A stretch of DNA of 64,000 nucleotides from an uncultured cyanobacterium (GCA_963697335.1 CAVONQ010000008.1:32001-96000); one strand, 5' to 3'. Shown: positions 39,952-49,540, counted from the first letter of the stretch. The notes: generated by a model from the sequence alone, not told the origin. A program made the numbers and translations.

Positions 39952-41547
39952 ATGGCCCCGATCAAGCCGCGCTGGTGGGTGAGGGGCGATCTCGACGGCC
40001 TGCTGGGCCTGGCACTGGACAACCTGATCCAGATCCTGCTGATCCTCTCCCTGTGCCGGGGGTTGCTGGGCTACCCCGATGCCCTGCTGTTCGGCACGGT
40101 GCTGCCCGCCACCGGCGTCAGTCTGGTGCTCGGCAACCTGGCCTACGCCCGGCAGGCCTACCGGCTCGACCGGCGGGATGGCACTGGCGAGCGCACCGCT
40201 CTGCCCTACGGCATCAACACGGTGAGCCTTTTCGCCTACGTATTCCTGGTGATGCTGCCGGTGAAACTGGCCGGCCTGGCGGCTGGCCTGGCGGAGGCCG
40301 AGGCGGTGACCCTCTCCTGGCAGGCGGGGATGATGGCCTGTCTCGGTTCGGGGCTGATCGAAACGGGGGGCTCCTTCGTGGCCCACCTGCTGCGGCGCTG
40401 GTTGCCACGGGCGGCCCTGCTCTCCACCCTGGCCGGCATCGCCCTCGGCTACATCGCCCTGGGGTTCCTGCTGCGCACCTACGCCCAGCCGCTGGTGGGC
40501 CTGGCCGTGCTGGCGGTGATCCTGGTGGTGTACTTCGGCCGGGTGCGGCTGCCCCTGCCCGGTGGGCTGGTGGCCGTGCTGCTCGGCATGGCCCTGGCCT
40601 GGAGCAGTGGGCTGCTGCGCATCGACCCGCTCAGCTGGAGCCAGGCCACGGCCCAGCTGGGGCTGCGGCTGCCTGCCCTGCAGCTGGGGGGCCTATGGCA
40701 AGCCCGCGGTGAGTTGCTGCCCTGGCTGGGGGTGATCGTGCCGATGGGGCTGTTCAACGTGATCGGCTCCCTGCAGAACCTCGAGAGCGCTGAGGCCGCC
40801 GGTGATCGCTATCCCGTGCGCGAGTCGTTGCTGATCAACGGGATCGGCACGGTGGCGGCAGCCCTGTTCGGCTCCTGCTTCCCCACCACCCTCTACATCG
40901 GCCATCCGGGCTGGAAGGCGATGGGCGCCCGACTCGGCTACTCCTGGGTGAATGGACTGTTGATGGCGGCCGCCTGTCTGCTGGGGGCCTTCGGAGTGAT
41001 CGCCCTGGTGGTGCCGATCGAGGCGGGCATGGCGATCGTGCTCTACCTCGGCGTGGTGATGGCGGCCCAGGCCTTTGAGGCCACGCCGCGCCACCATGCC
41101 CCGGCGGTGGTGCTGGGCCTGCTGCCCGGCCTGGCTGGCTGGGGGGCGCTGATGCTCAAAGCCGGACTGAGGGTCGGCGGGGCGGGAACGGCAGCGGCGC
41201 CCTTCGCGCCGGCCTTGCTGGAGCCCCTGCAGCGGGCCGATGTGTGGGCCACGGGGGCCTTTGCCCTGGAGCAGGGCGTGATCATCACGGCGATGCTGCT
41301 CTCGGCCCTGCTGGTGTACGTGATCGAGCAGCGCTTTCTGGCGGCTGCCCTCTGTGCCGCCGTGGCGACACTGGCGTCCTGGTTCGGGGTGATCCACGCC
41401 TGGCGCTTCGACCAGGCTGACACCGTGCTGCAGCTCGGCTGGGGGGTGGGGGCACCCTGGGCTTCCGGCTACGCGGCCATGGCCCTGGTCCTGCTGGGCA
41501 CGGCATGGTGGCAGCGGCGGCAGACCGGGCAGATGCCGAACCCCTAG
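39952..41547 (+). CDS. NCS2/AzgA-like permease
   Basis: GDLDGLLGLALDN, TALPYGINT, PTTLYIGHPGWK; many TM segments. Confidence 0.8.
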   Translation: MAPIKPRWWVRGDLDGLLGLALDNLIQILLILSLCRGLLGYPDALLFGTVLPATGVSLVLGNLAYARQAYRLDRRDGTGERTALPYGINTVSLFAYVFLVMLPVKLAGLAAGLAEAEAVTLSWQAGMMACLGSGLIETGGSFVAHLLRRWLPRAALLSTLAGIALGYIALGFLLRTYAQPLVGLAVLAVILVVYFGRVRLPLPGGLVAVLLGMALAWSSGLLRIDPLSWSQATAQLGLRLPALQLGGLWQARGELLPWLGVIVPMGLFNVIGSLQNLESAEAAGDRYPVRESLLINGIGTVAAALFGSCFPTTLYIGHPGWKAMGARLGYSWVNGLLMAAACLLGAFGVIALVVPIEAGMAIVLYLGVVMAAQAFEATPRHHAPAVVLGLLPGLAGWGALMLKAGLRVGGAGTAAAPFAPALLEPLQRADVWATGAFALEQGVIITAMLLSALLVYVIEQRFLAAALCAAVATLASWFGVIHAWRFDQADTVLQLGWGVGAPWASGYAAMALVLLGTAWWQRRQTGQMPNP

Positions 41548-42699
41548 CCCCCCAGCAGGCCGGCCATCGTCAGGCCAAGGTAGGTGCCCACCACATACCC
41601 CAGCAGGCCAATCGCCACACTCGGCAGGGCCAGATCGGGGCGGTGGAGGGCACCGGCGAGGGCCAGGGCGGTGCTGGGGCCACCCACTGCCGCCTGGCAC
41701 CCCACCAGGCTGTCGGCAAGCCCCCAGTGCCGCCAGCGGCCCACCAGCAGCACGACCAGCGCCTGCACCGCCACGATCAGGCTGGCCAGGGCGAACACCC
41801 ACCGGCCCTCCCCCAGCAGACCCTGCACTGGCGAATTGAGGCCGATCACGGTGAAAAAGGGCTGAATCAAGAGCAGCCCGAGCGGATAGCTGAGCTGCAG
41901 CCGGGACAGGGCCGGCAACTGGGCCGCCGCCAGGGCGATGCTGGTGAGCACCAGGATGCCGGGGGTGCCGGGCCACCAGTTCTGCAGCACGCCGGTGGCC
42001 GCCTCGCTGATCACCACGATCACCACCCCCCAGAGCAGGGCGACGCCGCCGGCGCGGCTCAGCAGGTCGCGGTGGCGGCCACTGGCGGGGGCCCAGGCTG
42101 CGGAGCTGGCGATCTGTTCAGGGCTGGCAGCAGGCGCTGGGCCGGCGGCTGCGACGCTCAGGGCCCCAGCTGTAACGGGCCTTTGACGGCGTCCCAGGGC
42201 CAGGCTGATCAGAAACCAGAGGCTGAACACCACGTGGTCGGCGGCGGTGGCCACCAGCACCAGGCCCTCAGGGGGTTGGAGGGTGCGGGCCACCGACACG
42301 AAGTTGAGGCTGCCGCCGCTGAAGGTGGCCGTGAACAGGCCGCTGAGGGCCGGCAGGTCGGCACCGAGGCGCCCGCCCAGCAGCCATGCCCCCAGGCCGG
42401 TGCCCAGCACGGCCGCCAACACCGACGTGGCGAAGGGCTGCAGCAGCCGCTGCGCCCCGGGCCACACCCGGCGCAGATCCACCGCCATCAGCAACAGGGC
42501 GATGGCGAGGGAGGTGAGGGGCCCGCTCACTACGGCCTCGGCCGCTGCATCGGCACTTCCAGCCGAAGAGGTTGGTGGTGAGCAGGCCCAGAAACAGCAC
42601 CAACAGGGTGGTGCCCAGCTGGCGGCCGATCGCGGTGGCCTCGGCCAGCCACCAGCCAGCCCCGGTGAGCAGGGCGATCAGCAACAACGAGAGCAGCAT
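41544..42699 (-). pseudogene. DUF819 family membrane protein, split by one extra base near 42555 (possibly a sequencing error)
   Basis: N-terminal TM part in ORF 42268-42699 and the rest (ATFSGGSLNF, QAAVGGPSTA) in ORF 41544-42530. Confidence 0.7.
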
Positions 42700-42947
42700 G
42701 GCGACGGCCAGGAGCCGGTTTGTCTGGCCGGCTCCAGTGAAGGCCGAGCTGAAGCGGTGTGCAACGGCGCTTCAGCTCGGCCGTGCTGCCCAGAGGCTGG
42801 GATCACCAGCCGCTGGGGGTGCTCCGCGGGTGACAGCGGCCGGTAGCCACCGGAATGGGGGCCACCGCGCTGGCTGGCCTGGGCCACGCCGCCGAAGGAG
42901 CCGGCGAGCACCACAGCCATGGCCAGGGATTGGAGGAGAGTCGTCAC
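42678..42947 (-). CDS. Hypothetical protein with signal-peptide-like N-terminus
   Basis: MTTLLQSLAMAVVLAGSFGGVAQA; fills the gap between cutA and DUF819. Confidence 0.4.
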   Translation of the reverse strand: MTTLLQSLAMAVVLAGSFGGVAQASQRGGPHSGGYRPLSPAEHPQRLVIPASGQHGRAEAPLHTASARPSLEPARQTGSWPSPCCSRCC

Positions 42948-42999
42948 GGCTTGTTCCGCAAAGGAGCCCAGGCTGCCCGTGGCGTGCCTGTATTGACCG

Positions 43000-43428
43000 C
43001 TACCGTTCAGCTATGGGATCGGATGGCCCGGGGCTCTCCGGCACCTGGTCCGGTTCCTGCTCCGGTTTCTGCGCTGGAGCCGGTGCCGCTGAGGGGTGGA
43101 GCTGCTCGATCAGCCAGCGCCGATAGGCGGGCTCAACATCCTGCAGCGTGGTGGTGGAGATCTCCGGGACCTCGTAGGGGTGTGCCTCCCGGATCAGCGC
43201 CATCAGGGCACGCTGCTGCCCCCTGGTGGTCTTGAAGCTGATGCGGATCTCCGGCTCCTCAACCAGTTCACCCTTCCAGAGATAAAGGCTTTCGATCGGC
43301 TGCAGCTGGGCGCAGGCCGCCAGCCTTCGTGTCACCACCTGGCGCGCCAGCTGCATGGCGTCGTCCTGGTTGGCCACGCTGGTGTGAACGCTGAGCAGCT
43401 GGTGCTCCTGGTCGATTGAGCCCATCAT
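43000..43428 (-). CDS. cutA: Divalent-cation tolerance protein CutA
   Basis: RLAACAQ...SLYLWKG...E..ISFKT...HPYEVPEI. Confidence 0.9.
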   Translation of the reverse strand: MMGSIDQEHQLLSVHTSVANQDDAMQLARQVVTRRLAACAQLQPIESLYLWKGELVEEPEIRISFKTTRGQQRALMALIREAHPYEVPEISTTTLQDVEPAYRRWLIEQLHPSAAPAPAQKPEQEPDQVPESPGPSDPIAER

Positions 43429-43523
43429 CCCGAGGCCGTCAGCAGGTGGTGACGATCGTGCCCAATCCAACCAGCTCCTTAGCTTGTAGTTGACAAGCAG
43501 AGCAGGCCCTAGCCCCTTCGCCC

Positions 43524-44231
43524 ATGACAACGACGGATTGGCTCTGGGTGTTGCACCCCGCTCTGGCGGTGGTGCTCGTGTACCCCCTGCTCGGCCTGGT
43601 GCTGCGCCTGGCCCAGCAGACCCGGCAGCGGCGCGTTCAGAAGCTGAAGCTGCCCCCCAGCGTGGGCGGGGAGCACGTGGACTTCGGCCGGTGGTTGGCG
43701 GCGGCCGTGGTGGGCATCGAACTGCTGGCGATGGTGGTGGTGATCAGCACCAAGCAACCCTCGGCGCTGACCCCTAGCCGCAGCGCCCTGTTGCTGCTGG
43801 TGCTGGCCGGCACCGTGGCGGCGTTGGTAGCCCTCTGGCGTGCCAAGGAGGCGATCTACCGGGCCAGCTTCGCGCTGCTCTGTTGGGCCGGTGTGATCGG
43901 CCTGGGGCTGCAGCCTGAGGTGTGGCGCCTCAGCGACAACCCCCTCGATCCGGCCTTCTGGCAATCCCATTTCTGGGGCGGCATGGGGCTCACGGGGCTG
44001 ATGCTGTTCTCGGTGGCGGCCCGGCCGGAGATCCTGCGGCAACTGCGCTGGCGGCGGCTGCACATCACCGCCAATGCGATCGCGGCCCTGATCTTTGTGG
44101 CCCAGGGCATCAGCGGTCCTCGCGATCTGCTGGAGATCCCGCTCAGCTGGCAGAAACCCGTCGTCTACGCCTGTGACTTCACCAACAAGGTTTGCCCACC
44201 GCCGGCACCAGCTCCGGCGCCCCAGCCCTGA
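43524..44231 (+). CDS. DUF4079-like membrane protein
   Basis: LHPALAVVLVYPLLG, EHVDFGRW, WQSHFWGG, QGISGPRDLLEIP. Confidence 0.75.
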   Translation: MTTTDWLWVLHPALAVVLVYPLLGLVLRLAQQTRQRRVQKLKLPPSVGGEHVDFGRWLAAAVVGIELLAMVVVISTKQPSALTPSRSALLLLVLAGTVAALVALWRAKEAIYRASFALLCWAGVIGLGLQPEVWRLSDNPLDPAFWQSHFWGGMGLTGLMLFSVAARPEILRQLRWRRLHITANAIAALIFVAQGISGPRDLLEIPLSWQKPVVYACDFTNKVCPPPAPAPAPQP

Positions 44232-44240
44232 AGTGCTCTG

Positions 44241-46274
44241 ATGCGTCTCCCTTGGGCGGTGGCCCTGCTGGCCCTGCTGGCTGGCCGTTACTGGTGGTGG
44301 CGCCTCACCAGCACCCTGGTGCTGGACGACTGGCTCAGCAGCTCGATGAGTGTGCTGGTGCTGCTCGCCGAAACCTGGCTGCTGGCCCACAGCTTCCTGC
44401 AGCTCGCCTTCAGCCTGGCGCCCGATCCCGGCATCGCCGCCCGCGCTGAACGGGCGGCCGCCCGGGTGCAGCGGCGGCTGGAGCCGGCGGGATCCGCCTC
44501 GGTGCCCCTGCCCTGGGTGGATGTGCTGATTCCCACCTGCGGGGAACCGCTGGAGCTGGTGGAGCGCTGCCTGCTGGGCTGCCGGGCGCTCACCTATCCC
44601 CGCGCCCAGGTGTGGCTACTCGACGACGCCGCGCGGCCTGAGCTGCAGCAGCTCTGCCGGCGGCTGGGCTGCCGCTACAGCTCCCGCCCGGGCCGCGAGC
44701 ACGCCAAGGCCGGCAACCTCAATCACGTGCTGCCCCTGCTGCAGGGCGAGCTGATCGCCGTGTTCGATGCTGACGTGGTGCCCCTCAACACGTTCCTGCT
44801 GCGCAGCGTGGGGCTGTTCGATGAGCCCCGGGTGGCCCTGGTGCAGTCGCCCCAGACCTACATGACCGCCGACCCGGTGATCCGCAACCTGCGGCTGGAG
44901 CGCTGGCTGATGCCGGACGAGGAGAGCTTTTACCGCTGGATCGAACCGGTGCGCCAGGGCGTCGGGGCGGTCGTGTGCGCGGGCACGTCTTTCCTGGTGC
45001 GCCGTTCGGCCCTGCTGGCCGTGGGGGGCTTCGACACGGGCACCTCCTCGGAGGACCTGGCCACCGGGATCCGGCTGACGGCGGCGGGTGGGGAGTGCGT
45101 GTACCTGCCTGAAAAGCTGAGTGCCGGGCTGGCGCCGTTCACGGCCTCGGCCCTTGTGCGCCAGCGCTGCCGCTGGGCCAGCGGCACCCTCCAGACCCTG
45201 CGCACCGGTGCCAGCCCACTGCGCATTGCCGGGCTGAAACCCCTGCAGCGGCTCGCCTTCCTGGAGGGCATCCTCCACTGGTTCAATGCCCTGCCGCAGC
45301 TGCTGCTGGCCCTGATGCCGCTGATGATCGGCGTGCTGGGCGTGCTGCCCCTGCAGATCACCGGCGCAGGCCTGCTGCGCTATGCCCTGCCCTTCTTTGG
45401 CGCCCAGCTGCTGCTGGCCCGCTGGTTCAGCGACCAGGCCCGCACCGGCTTACTGCCTGAGCTCTACCGCTGGATCGTGCTGATCCCGCTGGTGGCCACG
45501 ATCTGGCGCTGGGCCCTGCGGCGCCCGCTGCGCTTCAAGGTGACCCCCAAGGCCCTGGCCCCGGGCAGCAGGCAAGCCGCGGACCCCCGCCTGTGGCTGC
45601 CGCTGCTGGCGCTGCTGCTGGTGCAGCTGCTGGCCCTGCTGAACCTCTTCAGCTTGGCGCAGGATCCGAGTCTGTCGGCGCTGGCGACGATCACCCCCGC
45701 CAGCCTGGGCCTGGGGGTGAGCTGGAGCCTGATCAATGCTCTGCTGTTGCTGCTGGCCCTGCGCTGCTGCTGGGACCGGCCGCGTCGTTCCGCCCTGCCC
45801 TGGTTTGCCGTGCGCGAACCGGCCCGCCTGGGTGGCCAGCCGGTGCTGCTGCGGGCGATCAGCGAGGAAGGGGTGGAGCTCGCCCTGGCTCCCGGCTCTC
45901 GCCTGGCTGGCCAGGTGGCGCTGCCCGTGGCTGGCCCTGCCGCGCTGCTGCAGCTCACCTGGGGCGAGGACTGCTGGCCGCTGCAGCTGGTGGCCCGCCG
46001 GGGCGAGCGGCTCGGCGCCCTCTGGGCGGGGCTCAGTCCCCACCAGCAGCGGACCCTGCACCAGCGCCTCTACCGCCAGAGCGACCTGTGGCCGCACCGG
46101 CGGGCGCCATTTGAGCCGCTGGCCCTGCTGGCGGTGCTGGGCCGACTGCTCAGCCCCATCCCCCCCGACGACTGGTTCCGGCGGAGCCTGGTGGCGATCC
46201 AGCTCACCAGCATCCCCCGGCCCCAGCGGCTGGTGCCGCCACGGGCCTATCCCAGCGCCGAGGTGGCGGTGTAA
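44241..46274 (+). CDS. GT2 processive glycosyltransferase, cellulose synthase-like
   Basis: LLDD, HAKAGNLN, FDAD, QSPQ, SED, QRCRW (QxxRW) plus TM helices. Confidence 0.9.
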   Translation: MRLPWAVALLALLAGRYWWWRLTSTLVLDDWLSSSMSVLVLLAETWLLAHSFLQLAFSLAPDPGIAARAERAAARVQRRLEPAGSASVPLPWVDVLIPTCGEPLELVERCLLGCRALTYPRAQVWLLDDAARPELQQLCRRLGCRYSSRPGREHAKAGNLNHVLPLLQGELIAVFDADVVPLNTFLLRSVGLFDEPRVALVQSPQTYMTADPVIRNLRLERWLMPDEESFYRWIEPVRQGVGAVVCAGTSFLVRRSALLAVGGFDTGTSSEDLATGIRLTAAGGECVYLPEKLSAGLAPFTASALVRQRCRWASGTLQTLRTGASPLRIAGLKPLQRLAFLEGILHWFNALPQLLLALMPLMIGVLGVLPLQITGAGLLRYALPFFGAQLLLARWFSDQARTGLLPELYRWIVLIPLVATIWRWALRRPLRFKVTPKALAPGSRQAADPRLWLPLLALLLVQLLALLNLFSLAQDPSLSALATITPASLGLGVSWSLINALLLLLALRCCWDRPRRSALPWFAVREPARLGGQPVLLRAISEEGVELALAPGSRLAGQVALPVAGPAALLQLTWGEDCWPLQLVARRGERLGALWAGLSPHQQRTLHQRLYRQSDLWPHRRAPFEPLALLAVLGRLLSPIPPDDWFRRSLVAIQLTSIPRPQRLVPPRAYPSAEVAV

Positions 46275-48763
46275 CGGGGCTGCCACCGGGCCGCATCGAG
46301 GCACTGCAATGCCTCGGCTGCCGTACTGGCCCGTTCCGCCAGACCCTCCTGCACGGCCATCAGGGCCACCGCTTCCGCCACCGCCCGGGACACGGCCTGC
46401 ACCTGGGTGAGGGGAGGCATCAGCGGCGCCAGCGGATCCTGGGCGGCGGGAATGGTGGCCGCCAGGGCTTCCAGGGCCGCATCGATCATGGGTTCGCTCA
46501 CCTGGGTCGCCCCCACGGCCACGCAGGCGAAGCCCAGGCCGGGGTACAGAAAGCAGTTGTTGCACTGCCCGATCACCCGCTCCTGGCCGTCCCAGGGCAC
46601 CGGGGCAAAGGGGCTGCCGGTGGCCACCAGGGCCCGGCCGCCACTCCAGGCCAGCAGATCGGCGGGGCAGGCCTCGGCCAGGTTGGTGGGGTTGGAGAGG
46701 GGCAGGATCAGGGGCCGCTGCGTGGCGGCGGCCATCGTCTCCACCACCGCCTGGTCAAAGGCGCCGGCCACGGTGGAGGTGCCGATCAGCACCGTGGGCC
46801 GTACCTGCTGCACCACCTCCAGCAGCCCGATCTGCCCCTGGCCGTTGCGGCTGAAGTGCTCTGCTTCCTCGGCAGGCCTGGCAAGGGCTGCGGCGGTTTC
46901 CGAACCCGGCGCTGCCACGATCAGCCCGTGGCGATCGAGGCCCCAGAGCCTCTGGCGGGCCTGGTGGGCACTGAGGCCGGCGGCTTGGAGCAGCCTCAGC
47001 AGCCGTTCGGCGATGCCGCAGCCGGCTGTGCCGGCGCCGAAGATCACGATGCGCTGCTCCGCCAGGCTGGTGCCCAGCCCCCGGCAGGCCGCCAGCACCG
47101 CCGCCGCCGCTACGCCGCTGGTGCCCTGGATGTCGTCGTTGAAGCTGGGCGCCTGCTCGCGGTAGCGATCCAGCACTCGCCTCGCCTGGCCCTTGCCGAA
47201 GTCCTCCCAGTGCAGAAACACGCCCGGGAACACCTGCTGGGCCGCCGCCACGACGGCATCGAGGAAGCGGTCGTAGGCCTCGCCCCGCAGACGCGGCTGG
47301 CGGCGGCCCAGGTAGAGGGGATCGTTGAGCAGGGCGGCGTTGTCGGTGCCGACATCGAGTGCCACCGCCAGCACCCGGCCCGGGTGGAGGCCGCTGCAGA
47401 GGGTGTAGACGGCCAGCTTGCCCTGGCAGATGTGGATGCCGCCCACCCCCTGGTCGCCCAGGCCCAGGATTCCTTCAGCATCGGTGATCAGCATCAGATC
47501 CACTGGGCCCTCGGCGGCCTGGCGCAGCAGCTCCGGCAGCCGCGTTTCCATCTCAGGTGTGAGGTAGGCGCCCAGGTCGGGTGGCTGGTGGCTGTGGCTG
47601 AAGCCCTGGATCACCCGTCCGACGGTGGGGGTGTACACCACGGGCAGGGCCGCCTCGATGTGCTCCTGCAGGAAGGCGTGGAAGAGGGTGCGGTTGCTGC
47701 GGCGCAGCCGGTCCAGGTAAGTGAAGCGCTCGAGGCTGCCCTGCAGGCCACTGAAGCCCTGCCACACCCGCTCCACCTGCTGCTCGAGGCTCTCCACCGC
47801 CGCGGGCAGCCGGGCCTCCAGCTGCAGGCTGCGCCGCTCCTCCAGGCTGAAGGCGGTGTCGCGGTTCAGCCGTGGGTCGGCCAGCACGGCCAGTCCCTGG
47901 CGAGGCTGGAATCCCTCGGGATCAGGCCCCGCCTCCACCCGCACCCGGTAGTGCATGCGGGAGCCCACGCCGGTGCCCCGGTAGTGGCCGCTCACCGGCG
48001 CCGCCAGGTGGTGATCGGCGGCCGTCACCAGGGTGACGTGGCCATCGGCCACGGCCAGGCCGAGGCTGGGGTCGTAGGCACGCCAGCCGCCGCCGGGGAG
48101 CCACACCTCCGCCCAGGCATGCAGCTCGTGCTCGCTCACCTCTGGCGGATGATGCATGGAGTAGCCGCTCACGAAGCGGGCCGCCAGGCCGAGGCTGCGG
48201 CAGGCCGCCACGTAGAGCATGGCCGTGTCGCGGCAGGCGCCGCGGCGCTGGGCCAGGGTGTCGGCGGGCGCCATCGGCTCGCCGTCGAAGCGACCGATGT
48301 GCTCGAAGCTGTGGTGGATGCGGTCGGCCAGCAACAGCAGCAGGTCGGTGCTGCGCTGGCCGGCCTCCGCCGCCAGCTCCGCAGCCCAGGCCGCCACGCT
48401 CGGCTCGGCCTGGCCCAGGAAGGGGGCCAGGGCCGCCGCAGTGGCGGGGGGGTAGCGGAGCGGCAGGGTCTGGGCGCTGGGATCGGTGAGGATCCAGTCA
48501 AAGGGGTTGCGGCGCAGCGTTTCCACCACGGCGGTGGTGTGGATCCAGAGCTCCTGCCGCAGGCCCGTGAACCAGATCTCAGTGGTGTCGGCGCCGCCGG
48601 GCTCCTCCACCGGCGTACTGCCAGCCGCCTCCCGCACCGTGAGGGTGTGACTCAGCAGTCGCTGCGTGGCGCTCTGCCGGGGCGTGAGCCGCAGGGTGTG
48701 CGGCTCCAGGAACACGGGTTGGTCGTAGTGGTAGTGGAGCGTGTGGTGGATCCGGAAGAACAT
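46247..48763 (-). CDS. Fusion of an N-terminal transglutaminase-like domain with a C-terminal NAD-type malic enzyme (838 aa)
   Basis: IHHTLHYHY, GACRD, ARFVSGY, HAWAEV, YDP; then YTPTVG, ILGLGDQG, GKL, WEDF, FNDDIQGT, GAGTAG, PLSNP, GQCNN in one frame. Confidence 0.85.
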   Translation of the reverse strand: MFFRIHHTLHYHYDQPVFLEPHTLRLTPRQSATQRLLSHTLTVREAAGSTPVEEPGGADTTEIWFTGLRQELWIHTTAVVETLRRNPFDWILTDPSAQTLPLRYPPATAAALAPFLGQAEPSVAAWAAELAAEAGQRSTDLLLLLADRIHHSFEHIGRFDGEPMAPADTLAQRRGACRDTAMLYVAACRSLGLAARFVSGYSMHHPPEVSEHELHAWAEVWLPGGGWRAYDPSLGLAVADGHVTLVTAADHHLAAPVSGHYRGTGVGSRMHYRVRVEAGPDPEGFQPRQGLAVLADPRLNRDTAFSLEERRSLQLEARLPAAVESLEQQVERVWQGFSGLQGSLERFTYLDRLRRSNRTLFHAFLQEHIEAALPVVYTPTVGRVIQGFSHSHQPPDLGAYLTPEMETRLPELLRQAAEGPVDLMLITDAEGILGLGDQGVGGIHICQGKLAVYTLCSGLHPGRVLAVALDVGTDNAALLNDPLYLGRRQPRLRGEAYDRFLDAVVAAAQQVFPGVFLHWEDFGKGQARRVLDRYREQAPSFNDDIQGTSGVAAAAVLAACRGLGTSLAEQRIVIFGAGTAGCGIAERLLRLLQAAGLSAHQARQRLWGLDRHGLIVAAPGSETAAALARPAEEAEHFSRNGQGQIGLLEVVQQVRPTVLIGTSTVAGAFDQAVVETMAAATQRPLILPLSNPTNLAEACPADLLAWSGGRALVATGSPFAPVPWDGQERVIGQCNNCFLYPGLGFACVAVGATQVSEPMIDAALEALAATIPAAQDPLAPLMPPLTQVQAVSRAVAEAVALMAVQEGLAERASTAAEALQCLDAARWQPRYTATSALG

Positions 48764-48776
48764 GGGGGAGGCAGCG

Positions 48777-48914
48777 TCAGGCGCCAGGGCCGTTACCGAA
48801 GCGGAGCGCCGACCCCACCTTCGTCTGGTGGGGGAACAGGGTGCTGCTGGACCCGAAGAGAGCCCCGCCGAGCAAGTCCGACTGGACGTCCTCAACCGGG
48901 TTACGCAGCGTCAC
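48777..48914 (-). CDS. Unannotated 45-aa ORF directly upstream of the fusion gene
   Basis: MTLRNPVEDVQSDLLGGALFGSSSTLFPHQTKVGSALRFGNGPGA; 40 of 45 codons end in G/C; stop 13 nt before the next ATG. Confidence 0.4.
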   Translation of the reverse strand: MTLRNPVEDVQSDLLGGALFGSSSTLFPHQTKVGSALRFGNGPGA

Positions 48915-49019
48915 GTTCGGGCTGTGGCGTCCCAGTCAAGCTATGCCAGCGTGAGGATGGCCGGGGCCGCGCAAGCGGCACTCCTGCGCCATCGTCCATG
49001 CCGGCGCAGTGGTGAAGGG

Positions 49020-49442
49020 ATGCTCGCTTTTCTGCTGAACGTTCTCTGGTTTGTGCTGGGGGGCTTCGTGATGGGTCTGGGCTGGTGGCTGGCCGGCCTG
49101 GTGGCGGCCCTCACCGTGGTGGGCATTCCCTGGGCCCGGGCCTGCTTCGTGATCGGCAATTTCTCCTTCTGGCCCTTCGGAAAGGAGGCGATCAGCCGCC
49201 AGGAACTCACGGGCCACGCCGACTTCGGCACCGGCCCCCTGGGGCTGGTGGGCAACGTGATCTGGTTCCTCCTGGCGGGCTGGTGGCTGGCCATTGGCCA
49301 CCTCAGCTCGGCTCTGGCCTGCTTCGTGACCATCGTGGGCATCCCCTTCGGGATTCAGCACGTGAAGCTCGCCCTGATCGCCCTGGCCCCGATCGGCCTC
49401 ACGGTGGTGCCGAGTGGCACGAGGCCAAGCTTGGAGGGGTGA
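49020..49442 (+). CDS. YccF domain inner membrane protein
   Basis: LLNVLWFVLGG, VGIPWA, WPFG, GNVIWFLLAGWWLA, IVGIPFG. Confidence 0.9.
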   Translation: MLAFLLNVLWFVLGGFVMGLGWWLAGLVAALTVVGIPWARACFVIGNFSFWPFGKEAISRQELTGHADFGTGPLGLVGNVIWFLLAGWWLAIGHLSSALACFVTIVGIPFGIQHVKLALIALAPIGLTVVPSGTRPSLEG

Positions 49443-49540
49443 ACACGCCGGGGTAAAAGAATCCTCAGGTTGAAGACGGATTGTGTGGAGGCAACTGGCT
49501 TGGAAAGCCTCACTGCCTCCACGAGCGAGTCGGGGCTGGT

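Noticed and set aside
48780..48940. Riboswitch (cobalamin or glutamine type) upstream of the fusion gene
   Set aside because: Hairpins and a GGGAA exist but consensus elements are not in the required order; codon bias favours a small ORF. An Rfam scan would settle it.
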